From contig NW_014040482.1 of NCBI RefSeq assembly GCF_001186125.1, positions 11,644 through 60,707 on the forward strand: a stretch of DNA of 49,064 nucleotides. Direction: 5' to 3'. Origin of the DNA: Sphaeroforma arctica JP610. Taxonomy: Eukaryota. The stretch's first letter is position 1. Every line of letters starts with the position of its first letter. Made by a program: the position numbers and the translations under genes. The notes beneath the pieces were generated by a model. That model searched no databases, was not told where the DNA came from, and saw only the letters and a list, made by a program, of their open reading frames with translations. Shown in pieces: positions 1 through 12,100 of this stretch.

Positions 1-51
1 TGTATACATACATATATATATATTATATTTATATATATATACATATATGTA

Positions 52-82
<31 letters not shown>

Positions 83-98
83 TTATACATATATATAT
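1..98. repeat. (TA)n-rich microsatellite
   Basis: Imperfect TA dinucleotide run read directly. Confidence 0.9.
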
Positions 99-388
99 GG
101 TTGTATTCAAATTGAAGTTTGTTTTCGATAGCAGACGTAGGTATTCTGTCCGAGTAATGTATGTGGCCTGATTACGTGAGCAGCATTGTATCATGTGTTC
201 CCAACTGTGTCTCAAATATTTTCACCCGCACTAAATGGTGATTGGAACGATAGGTGAAGGATTCAGCGATCATGGCAGGGCTTCAATGTTTACATTTATT
301 GAAGCTAAATTTCATCCTAACTTGCGAATGTAGGTTCGGTACATTAGAAAGGCGATACTGGAACACAACCCCGCTTGTCTGTCTACAG

Positions 389-1880
389 GTCCCCGTGCGT
401 TGGAAGGTGTCCAAGTGCTGGATGTAGGTTGTGGAGGAGGCATTCTTTCTGAGGTGAGTATGGTGTTTCAAAACAGCTTGGCATGCCAAGTCGAGCTTAC
501 CCTGATTAATGAGACGCCCTGTATCACGTCATACGAGTGCTTGCTGCCTGTCCATATTGTGGTCTTTGCATCCGGCCTATACAGAGGTTAACTTTGAACA
601 CTGTTTATCTTGTTTTTTCGCAATATCAGAATCTTGCCAGGCTCGGCGCCACTGTCACCGGAATCGATGCTGCTATGGAGAACATATCGGTAGCGAAGTT
701 GCACTCGAAAGGGGATCCTTCCTTGGCCAAATTACTGACATATAAGCACATCACAGCTGGTATGTGTGACTGCGCTTCCAGCACGGGCCACGTTGATAGT
801 TCTCTTGCTATGCGTACTTTTGTGGAGTTTTATCTTCTTAGGAGTCGCCTGGGGGACTACTTTCTATTAGTACTGTTGTCCTTCGCAAAAATTGCGGAAA
901 GATCTGGTTTTCATGTAGGTGTGCGATCATACCGCTTAATTTCTCTACCGCATAGTCTTATATGCGCAAAAACCTTGTGTCTTCCCCGCCATCTTGTGCA
1001 GTAACCTTGCACTCATCTTGAATTATGCTTCTTACCTGGTCGTTGTAAAGAGGATGTTCAAGCTAGTGGTCAAACTTTTGATGTTGTCGTAGCATCAGAG
1101 ATAATCGAACATGTGGACGATCCACAAGAGTTTGTGAAGACATGTAGTGCAATGGTCAAGGTATGCACTCCTTTCATATATATATATAATTTTTTTTTGA
1201 GATCTAACATGAATTTTATCGTTGCTTGGAGAACGTCTAAAACGATTAAAACGTTTGGCACGTTTGTGGTCACGGGTGTTTGACACAGCTTAACTCTGTT
1301 TTCTACATTTATGCTCGTTAGCCAAAGGGAGTCTTCATTGCCTCGACTATAAACCAAACATGGCAAGCCTATGTTCAGACTGTTGTTCTTGCCGAGCATG
1401 TACTCCGATGGGTACCAGTAGGTGTGTCCGGAGATATCCCTCTCTGTATTTGTCTGGTTATATTTCAAGTTTTCATTCCAATTGGTTTTTAGATTTCGTA
1501 TCTTCAGAAGCCACGCAGCAAAGTCTTGCTCCATACGATGCTAAGCGGAGTCTTTTGGACTTTGGGGGTGGAGCAAGCGATAGTGGTAGTGAACGATAAT
1601 ACTGCGATCTCCGAGGTTCATCATACACATGGCGATACTCACACTGCCAGTTTTGCTTTTTTTTTAACCATCAGGGACGCATATCTATTCCAAGTTTATA
1701 ACGCCCTTCGACATGACGGCGTATTTGGGCCACGCCGGTCTTTCCGTAGTGGATACTCAGGGAATGTCGTACGATCCGGCACTGAAGTGGAGGCTCACAG
1801 ATGACACATCCATAAATTACATCACGGCCGCGGTCAAGCCAGACTCGGGAGATGCTGGTGCTCCGCAATCTGCTTTGTGA
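389..1880 (+). CDS. COQ3: Ubiquinone biosynthesis O-methyltransferase (COQ3/UbiG), 3' portion; 5' exons not identified (probably upstream of the window)
   Basis: Phase-consistent GT-AG exons 389-453, 630-759, 1051-1160, 1322-1421, 1675-1880 give ...VLDVGCGGGILSE NLARLGATVTGIDAA...FDVVVASEIIEHVDDP...STINQT...VLRWVPVGTHIYSKFITP...INY...stop TGA 1878-1880. SAM motif I and the EHV, STIN and GTH..KFITP motifs are typical of COQ3/UbiG. Confidence 0.93.
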
Positions 1881-2736
1881 AGCTGAGGGATATCTACACG
1901 CGCTTGTCCTAGGCTTGTGGCTGTAATGATATGCTGGAAATGTACAGTACCCTACGCGGAAGCACGCCCCGTATGTATCTTCTACCTGCACCATGGCGAC
2001 GGTTAGACCTGAGATATGAAATACAATCTGACTGGAATATGCTGCTTTAAGCTACGGGTGCACACGCTGGATATTCGTTATCTTGCTATAGTCGAGAGCA
2101 GCCAGAGGTTCGCAGTAGGGATAGAATTGGCTGTTCCGGTTTGCTTAAACACAGTGTAATCAACAGCTGGATACCGACTTACATTTGCGACCAGATACAT
2201 GTGGCAGTGACTGAAATGTTGCTTCGAACACGAACCTTAACACGATGAAAATACGATGTGGAAACCCATTAGTAGCACTAGCTGTATATTAGTTTCGTTG
2301 ATCCTCCCTGTACAGGCAACAATAATGCTGGCCACAGTGTGGCACATTTAGACGTCTAACGAACGTGGATCGAAGCTACGAATGATGATGATAAAGAATA
2401 CCACATATGGTTGTAGACGAAGTTCCCCTCACCCCTCTGTAGCATCTGCGGAGTGGCATATGCTTACACAGAGTTGCTTAACGCAGATTTCCCACACACC
2501 GAGGCAGGTGGCTCATTACTAAATTTATTCTTGTACACTATATGCCACATCCCCGTTATGGCCTACCCTCCTTTACCTTAAAAACGATTAATCAAGTTTA
2601 TGTTTACACAAGGCCCACGGTATCCGTAGTTAAAAAGCACTATGCAGACATGATGGCGGTGCATCATGCGCTTGTCATCTCCATTTAGTGAGTTAAAGGC
2701 ATTGGACGGCAGTATGCAAGCCTTGCAATCTGCTTA

Positions 2737-4745
2737 TTATTCGATCTGAGAGCTCAGATCATCTATAAGATTTGCCGTGGCCTGTTGCATCCTTAGGTTA
2801 TGCAACCTACGCTCCTCTCTAATTTGTTCTATCTCTGCGTCATGGACAAGTTTTCGTGCCGCCCTGTCTGCTGGCGGATCTACCTTATCCTCCAGCATCC
2901 ACCCAGCTTGCATAGCTACGCCCCCCACAAGCCCTACAATATGGAAGAGATGCATTAGTACCGTTACAATATGAAAACACAATGCAAGGACATGCATACG
3001 TACAACTCCACACGGTACAGCGCTTGGACAGTAATGGCGACATGATCTTTGTCAATCTAGGTGTAAAGCAGTCCTTAACCAGTAAAAAAATACTGTATCT
3101 GGCCCAAAGGAACAGCGAAATTAGGAGCAAAATCGGTTAAATAGGGACCCACGTGATGTACGCCAATCAACTAACCTAGTACTGATCCGTGCATGGCTCC
3201 CGTTGCCATGCCCTGCAATCCATAAGGAATCCAGAACAGTGCACCCGTCACAGTACCTGCAATATAACAGTAGGGCAACGATTGTTGAGAAGAAATTAGG
3301 CAAACCTATTGAAGAAGAAGAAATTTGTTGCTAGACATATTAAGCCCCTGTGGCGAAGTGTGGGATCAAGCGGAGAATTTAAGAGATAAGTTATATTATG
3401 CAAACATATTCGACAGATGTTGCGAGTATTTGCGAAGACACACCTGCTCCCATGACATTCAAGGCGTCTTTCTTCTGCCGCACAACTGAGGCGCCGATGT
3501 GCAACGCATTGAAGCAACCCTGCACACAACCGAAGTGAGGGGAGACATTCAAAAGCACAGAAAGGTCAAAGAAGTAATGACGGTGGCATACATGCGTGTC
3601 ACGCTCAGTTAAAGAGATTCAATCTACACTTAACGAATCAAAAAGATCATAAGCGATTCAACACAACACGGGTTCAGATTACTCGTGGCGGAATTTATAC
3701 ATGTCAATATGACAATGTCGTATGTAGTAAGCTACCGAACCAATATAATCATGAAAATGAAATAGTGTCTGTGTGTAGAGCCGCCACGAGTGTGCTTGAT
3801 TTCCATTTTGAAAAGCGTACAAATGTAACGAATTTTATATGTAAAAAGCATGTTTTCCAGTATCATGGCTGTCAAAATTGGATACCTACCATCAATACGA
3901 ATCCGTACAAAGTCCAACGACCTCCAATTTGAGCGAATGCCCTGCCTGCAGCCATGTTCAATTCTGATTGCGCATGCCTGACCCCTTTGTAGACTGTATT
4001 CTTATTTTCTTTGATGTGCCTCTGTTGAATAGGAGCATACATTGGGTGATAATCCGATGTCAGTCTAAATCTAGTAGACTATTGAGTATTCATAATAGAA
4101 TTCGTCTTTATTTATCTGAATGTCTGCAACACAGCAGAACTTATCAACGCGCACGAATCTACTCCAAATACTAACAGGCGTCTTCAATAAATGGCAGCGG
4201 TGTTGCTCGACAACTCGTATGCTTTCTCGACATTGTTCGGACAGACACAGGCAAACCTTAACACGAAGTTTCATAATAATAGACAATTTGGTGCACATAT
4301 GACCGGCAGGTACACAATTTTATGTACTACAGCGCATTCGATGATCACACACCTCACCCTCTAACCGCGCAGCGTTCATGCCAGCGGCCACACCAGCGCA
4401 GAGTGTACCCGCTGAGGTCATCGTGACCCAATCTCGGAACTCTGGCGTCAATTCGGTCTCTGGATATTGCTCGCGATCCTAGAGGTTGTGTGATACATGC
4501 TGTGTTTAGTATCAAACGGAACATCCTACTCAATATTGATGATTAGTACCCTTTAATAGTATGGTATGGTAACTACTATTAGTATTGGTAATCGGCACAC
4601 CAACCTAAGATTCAATTCTTCTCTGACACATGTTTACCAAATTACTAGCACTGAAATATTCATGAGAGGGTACGTCACATGCTGGAATATTGACTCTAAG
4701 GCAAAGACTGACCGCGAACATCATCATGAACGAAGAAAGACTAGG

Positions 4746-4781
<36 letters not shown>

Positions 4782-4815
4782 GTACACATATATATATACA
4801 CATATATATATATTA

Positions 4816-4887
<72 letters not shown>

Positions 4888-4926
4888 NNNNNNNNNNNNN
4901 NNNNNNNNNNNNNNNNNNNNNNNNNN

Positions 4927-5013
<87 letters not shown>

Positions 5014-5306
5014 AAAATAGGTTTCTGGTGCAACATGTAGTCCCGATCGCAAGTATATCTCTCTGACAAATTCGTCAACACTGATTCCAATCAATGATAT
5101 CATTCCGTATGGACAACGTGGGGGCACGCCAATAATAAACTACACTGTAGAACGAGCAACCGAGAGAATCGATTCTAACAACTCACCACTTTCCAGGACT
5201 AGCACACTATACAGCCATGATCACACATACATACCACTGATAGGTCCTTGAACACCTCTTTCAGTCTTCCATACCACTCCGTATTGGTAATATTAGAAAA
5301 ATCCAT
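2737..5306 (-). CDS. TIMMDC1: Tim17/Tim22/Tim23-family membrane protein, TIMMDC1-like complex I assembly factor (~227 aa, 6 exons)
   Basis: Minus-strand exons 5306-5235, 4478-4353, 4021-3890, 3519-3444, 3256-3176, 2933-2737, all GT-AG and phase-consistent: MDFSNITNTEWYGRLKEVFKD...AGTLCAGVAAGMNAA...RAFAQIGGRWTLYGFVLMGCFNALHIGASVVRQKKDALNVMGAGTVTGALFWIPYGLQGMATGAMHGSVLGLVGG...coiled tail. Gly-zipper TM segments and the R.K.D..N...AG..TG.LF pattern are Tim17-family; the RL.E.F.D start and charged tail resemble TIMMDC1 by recollection. The gene model is firmer than the ortholog call. Confidence 0.75.
4748..5009. repeat. (TA)n microsatellite with assembly gap (N 4888-4926), inside intron 1 of the TIMMDC1-like gene
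   Basis: Read directly. Confidence 0.95.
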
Positions 5307-6110
5307 GACGAGACTATAACTCAGATAGTGAATGCCTATGATTCAAGGCGATCAAAGGAAAAATACTTGGGCAATGTAAATAGGTTTAGATTGTTTTCTG
5401 GTATGTAAGACTTAGCGATCAGGAGTTTGACGCAGATACAGTGGTGTATTTACTTAGAATGATGAATACAACAGGTGTAGACACTTGGAGTGTGGACTGG
5501 ACAGTGGACACATCAGCCTTTCATATATGAACACTGCTTTATCTTTTTATTTTAAATAGATACCACAGCAGTTGATATAATGATATCGCGGTCACTATAG
5601 AAGTATATTCTCTATTACGAATGTAAATATTTATTCACACTCAAAATATTTATTGGACACGCAAGTGTCATGTGAAGTTGTAAACCCGCCAAAAGCTTCG
5701 ACACGATGACAGCATGTTATACAAAACAATAAAATCTGTAAGGATGTCCATATTCCATAGTAGCCGTCTGTGTTTGATTCTTGGATAAGTTGGATTTCAG
5801 AAGGCTATGACATATTTTACTTTTTTATACAAAATACTTCCGAGTTAAAAATGTGTCTATGGCTCTACGCATTATAAAGGTCTGCGTTGTGAGGCTGGAT
5901 GTGACTCGACTGTATTAGCCCCGTATGTCGAGCGGTGTATGTGTGCAGTACGTGAGACTGCAAGTAGCTTTAGAATGCCTACACGGTGACATCTGAAAGT
6001 AGAGTGCACTATTTCTACAGCAGCTCTCCTACCAAAAGGCGCTATCGTGACAGATTAACCACCTATAGACAACTGGACTGGGATTACATTGGATTATAGA
6101 TACATACAAC
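5307..6110. promoter_or_regulatory. Candidate bidirectional promoter between divergent TIMMDC1-like and SbcD-SbcC fusion genes
   Basis: Head-to-head start codons at 5306 (-) and 6111 (+), about 0.8 kb apart. No specific element identified; positional inference only. Confidence 0.4.
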
Positions 6111-9100
6111 ATGGCGAATTCTTGTTCGCGTCCATTTGTACAGAAGTGCTTCATTCCGTCCATATCGCGATATCAGGTGAGATTGAGAAGCGATCGACCC
6201 GGCGAAATCGGATGTAAGTCTGTACAGAGGTTGACGCGAGAGTTCAGGACTCTACATCGTGACCCAACAGGAAGACGCCCGCGGAATGTCACTGCACAAT
6301 GTATGCAATACAAGAAAAGTAGTACAAATAGTATTATCACAGTATGGAATAAGCCAATGTCACGCTTGCAAGTACGACCCTATTACTTATCGTCCAATGA
6401 CTATACGACGTCGGGGTTGCTGAGAGGCCGCATGCATAACACAGTCTCTATATCAAGCTGGCATCTATCACCATGTAGAGCACACTTCAGCACAGCCACA
6501 CATCGATTGCAGTCACAGGTGTCGTCTGGAGATGGGAATGTAGGTAAGTTGTCAGTTGAAAGTGGGACACCTGTAACAAAATTAATAGAGGGACATCAGA
6601 CAAGGGATACGTCAACGTTTAGGAAGTCCTATAAGTACGGTAAGGGTAAAGCGAGCGATGAAGTCAGCTGCAAGCCTAAACTGCGATTCAAGCTACCAGC
6701 GCATCAGAGATCGAAGACACCCAGGACACCGTGGGGGTTTATTGCCGATGTTCACTTCCAGGTATATCTAGTATGGCTAGGGTGAATATCATACCCTGGG
6801 GTTTGTTTATTGCTGCGCCTGGGGTGAGATGTTCATTGCAGATTGTAAGAAGTGCACTTGGTGGTTATAAGGCTTCATAAACCATAAGAGGAATTTCACA
6901 CTCTGATGTTTGAATATAGGTTTTTCCTCCTGATCAAAAATTTCAGTGCCAGTGGTTCACAATAAGGTATTAGATGCACTGAAGTAGTTTCCTCGTTTTC
7001 TATCGGCCATTCTTTGATTCATTTTATCCGAATGCTAGTTGTGTTCTAAGTACAATTTCGGGGTACTGATCATGTTAATTGATCATGTGGACTTCAGATC
7101 GTATAGTTACAAGCCGAAAGTCGACAGTGTGCTTAACGCACACTCGTCGCACCCCTGACAACGATCCTGCAGCATTGATTCTATCGGCATTAGATGGAAT
7201 GCTTTGCATGATGGAGGGTTTGTGGTGATACACAGAGTTTTCGTCTTATGAATGAGTCTTGGCTCTGCGACGTATACACCTCGGTTTTATTTTTAGTTCA
7301 AAATGGTTCAGCAAAACCAATTGATCCTTACTGCTATTAGAATACATATTGTGCTGTCGATGCTTTTAGATCGATGACAATGACTGCTCACCAGGCAGCC
7401 TATCGCGATCCTCTGTAAGAATCAAACCCGACCTAATGACTGTGCAATTTGTTCCTCGGAATACATCGATTCCACACGTATACATATCTTTATTCATTTT
7501 CATTCGGCGATATATACTAGGCTGCGTAGACATGCTTTTGTTCACATTAATTGCCCGATTATAATCATCAAAATACAATGCCCGAAGAATGATGATCGCT
7601 CATGTCATGTACCGCCGTTTTAATCCTTCAGGACAAGGGATTGGATCGCATAAATCTAGGATTGGATTATCTCATAGCTGAATTCCGCAAAAGGGGTGTG
7701 CGACATATTTTCTGCCTTGGCGATATGCTCAATACCCGTCAACAAGTATGTTTTGCTCCACTTGCTTCACCAGGAGCCGAAAGCTTATTTTTCCAACCTG
7801 AATTGTCAAAAATAGGTCACACAATTCTAAAATTAGTGCGAGTTACTAGTCACACCCGTTTACATGAGCACTACACCTCTGGTGTCTTGCTGATGCATGT
7901 TTGTGATATGCTTGTATTTTCAATAGGTCAGTGTACCAGCACTATCGTCGTGCATGATGTTCTTCAACCGACTGATGGACGAATTCGACAGCGTGCACGT
8001 GGTACTGGGCAACCATGACATGCATCTGAAACATAGTCGCACTGTGACGAGGTATGATAAATTGAGATATGCCACTTTGTAGCTGTTTGTGACTATACAT
8101 GTCTGTGCTTTTGCGAGGACATGGACCTTATAAAACGTGGTCCGTTGTGCATTTTGAGCTAGATCGCGTCTTTTGGAATAGTTGAGCGCTGCAATGATCC
8201 ATGTAGCAACTAATCAATACTTGTTACACTTCTGTACTCATGCAGCTTGGATGCGCTTCTCATGAACAAGCTGCAACCCAATGTACGGTTGTACAAGGAG
8301 ATAGAACTGACCGAAGTGGATGGCATTCAAGTGCTGATGTTACCCTTTCATGAGGATCAGAACGAAATTCTGCGATATTTGAAGAAGATGCCGAAGGTAA
8401 TGCAAACGAGATTGGCAATTGGTAGCTGGGCATATTTAGGTCTTGCAAAGTTCCTCTGCTTCGCACTCGGAAGGTTCACAGCTGACTCTACCTCGACACG
8501 ACATTCTCCGATACAGGAAGTCCAAAATGACACTGTTGCCATGGCACACCTGTCGATCAATGGTGCGACCACCAACAAGCACATGCACATTAAACACCAC
8601 GGACAAGTGGGCCACAAAAGTTTTCAGGACTTGAGGCATACATTCACAGGTGAGTGTGCGCGCAGAGACAAGCAGAACTGTACGCGTTTGCGCTAGGCAT
8701 GTATGCGTATTTGAAGCGGATGCATGCATGAAACCCACCTGTAAGCTTGTGCGCGTGTGTGAGATTTATATCTACGACTGGGTGTGCGCGAGCGTCCGAA
8801 TTTTGTGTACGTCAAAAAGTTATGTCTTTTAAACTTGTAACCCTGCCCCATTTGAGATATATACTATGGGCTCAGCGAATTGTTCCACAAAATCTTAAAC
8901 TTTAGAGTTGCTATTCAATATGTCTGAGTTTGCGGCAAATGTGTAGATACAGCCATAGGCCAGATGCGTGTGATATATTTAATACGCCAAAATCAACAAA
9001 ATGGTTGAGACTGGTTGTTGGTGACGCACCAAGTGGCATTGTTGGGACTTCTCATACCTCTACGGGCCTACAACATCCGGAAGTTGACAACGTACGAACA

Positions 9101-12100
9101 AACTCGCGCACAGAGAAAATATCGATGGACTAATCCACAACATGCGTCGCAATTGACACCAACTACTTCAGATACCGACACGATACCAACGTATACATCA
9201 AACCTCATATCCACCCCGCGACTTATCTCAGGTCATTTTCACAGTTTCCAAACCCTCGGGAATCTGACCTATATTGGGAGTCCCTTGCAGTTCACCTTCA
9301 GCGATCTGAACGATCCGAATCGAGGTGGCGTGCTGTACTATCCCGATTCAAACTCATTCACCCAGGTCATCAACCCTCATGCCGAGGTTTTCAAGGAAAC
9401 CACTTTCGAGAAAGTCATGGCTTCAACCGGCGAGGAGGTACGGTCCCCTTCAAGTTTTGCACTTTATTAATTTCCATCGCTTATGTAGTAGACACAGGCT
9501 GCTGTTGCTAGATGTGGCTACTTTATTGTTAGTGTGCAATCTGCATGGCGATCTTGGCGGCTCAGCACATGCGTTGAGCAACTGATGTCGTGAGTAGTGA
9601 CTCTCTACAAGAGACTTATATATGCAGTGTTGTCGAATTCCTCTCGGAACGGTCTTGAAGTTGTGATTTGTCATGCGGGTTATGCTTTACGTGCACTTTT
9701 TCTCTTGCATTTTTTTGGCGCGGATTCGTTTAGAATGTTGATTGAAGTTTTCTACCTTTCAACGAACAGGGCTTGCAGAAATTGAAAGCAGAGTTCGCCT
9801 ACAAATACGTCCAGGTATTGTTTGCATTATATTGGTATGCAATTACACTTGAGATCTGATAACATTGCTTCTATCGTGATATGCAGTGCAATCGAGACGT
9901 GTTTGACTTTTTGAAGCCCACGCTTATGCATCTTCGTGCTATTAACTGAATTGTGTCTATGCTGCTTGAATAGTGGATTGTACGTTTTATTTCTTTACCT
10001 GTTCATACTTTTTAACAGTGGGCTTGTCTACTCTCTCCTATGTATGAATCGGCGATAGTGGCTCTGCAAAGTAAATAAATGAACCATATGAAGTGCCTTG
10101 CCATTGGGGTTCATTTTCTCTATATTCTGTCCTGTATGGCGCGATACAGACAATTACACACTTGGGTATTGCATCACAGGAAGCAATTGTGCTCAAATTA
10201 CTTAAGGTTTTTGTGTCACCTTGTCTCCACCCAGGTCACTAGTGGCGATGGCCTGGAAAAAGTGGACAACCGCGCTTTTCCGAAAGTGCGCGATCGCTTG
10301 ATTGCCGCGGGTGCCCTGGATGTCAAATTATGGAAGAAAAAGGTATGAATCATGCAATCAGGATAACAACCCTTTTGAGAGTAGTCTGACAATAGCCAGT
10401 ATTAGCGCTTTGCTCTAAGTATTACACATTTGATACAGTATCTGTGGCAATTTGCTGCTGAAGGAATGTTCAATAAGTTTTCACGTGGCGGTATGTGTGT
10501 TATGTGTATGATTGACTAGCTTGGTGGGACATAGGCATTTCTCTCATGCAATATATCGGTCGACTGGCAGCTTGCATTCGATCATCCGACAACGGTGCAC
10601 AGATATCTATAAACACTTCCATATGCCCATATCATTCATCTGTCAATGACTACTGAAACAGCCCAAGGCCGGAGAAAGCGGATCGTTGAGTGCTGTGCTG
10701 GATAATGGTGCTGCTGCCTTTATTGAGCGCACCAAGTCAAACAACAACCGGTCGTATATGCTCGAGACCATTCGCTCATACCTGGACAAAATGATCCTCG
10801 GAGATGGTATGTCTATTCTGCGAGCATTTGTGCAATGTGCAGTGTGGTAGAAGTTGATGGACATGTATGCGTGCCCGTATGATTGTATGCCCGCATTATG
10901 TCTACTTGGTGGACAGAATAAGGACATCAAGAACTGACTGGACTTAGCGAATGTATACATACACGTCTTTAAACATCATCAGATTGCATCACGTTACATG
11001 CACATTGCGGTTGTTCGTGTACTTTGTAGGCTATTTGCGAATGCGGCAATGGCAATGTGTTCTTTTAGGATTTCTCTGGTAGTCTGATAACTTATTTTGT
11101 CGCAAACTTATATCACTCAACCCAATCACTATCTGTGTCCCTTGGATGTAGGCAAGTCATCGCTACCGAACTTCCCCAGGGGCACCAGTGCCTCAATCGT
11201 CGACCGTCACAAAGAACTCGCTAAGGAGGGCCAGAATATCATCGACACTGTCGCGGGACATAACGATATTGTGGATGGACAAGTCTTCAACGCCAACATC
11301 AAGTGCCTGAGAATGGAGAATTTCCTGGGCGTGCAGGTCAGTTGAATTCTGAGCGGATAAATGAGGCTAGCCATGTGCGCGCGTTGTATTGTTGATACAA
11401 AGTGAGCAAACCAGAAAATCTGTTCTACTTTCTGCTTGTTCCTGGCTATCGCTTGGTACACGGTCTGAAATGTGCGAGTGTGTTGATTTTGCGAGCAGAT
11501 TGTTCTTGAACTTTAACTCATTTACCCGTCATTTAGAACTTACATTGGTTATTCATTGTGCTATTTTTCCCTAAGTCCATATTTTTGGTTTCAATGTGCA
11601 TACACGTGCTTTTTTTTCTTACCTTATACTCGTTCTGCTTTCAGGGGGGCATCTACATTCCCTTCCAAGATATCGAGGAGAAGGTGTGGCTACTTGAAGG
11701 TGAGAATGGATGTGGGAAATCCACCGTCGTCGAGGCTGTGACGTGGTGTCAGTTCGGCAAGTTTGTTCGTTCGGATATGGCGGCGGGTGATGCGGTTAAT
11801 GATATCCTGGACCAGTAAGTATGAATTGATACACAAACAAAACGACTCCCATGCTTTGGAGGGTTTGTATTGGCTAGTCTTTTGAGCGACCTCGATTTCC
11901 TTATTAGTCATATATGAGATCTGACAAGTTAGCTCGTCTTGGTCGTACAACATATCTGATGTAGCAGTCGTATACGAAGGTTCAAGGCGTTATTGGACTT
12001 ACATCACATATAGTTGCCCCGCCCATTAGTTGGGCAATGTTTAATTGGGTAGGTCTACCTGTGCGCGACAAGCGATCATGGTGTGCCGAAAGCAAGTCGT

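Noticed and set aside
4566..5127. ORFs with YIYIYI runs
   Set aside because: Translations of a TA microsatellite and N gap.
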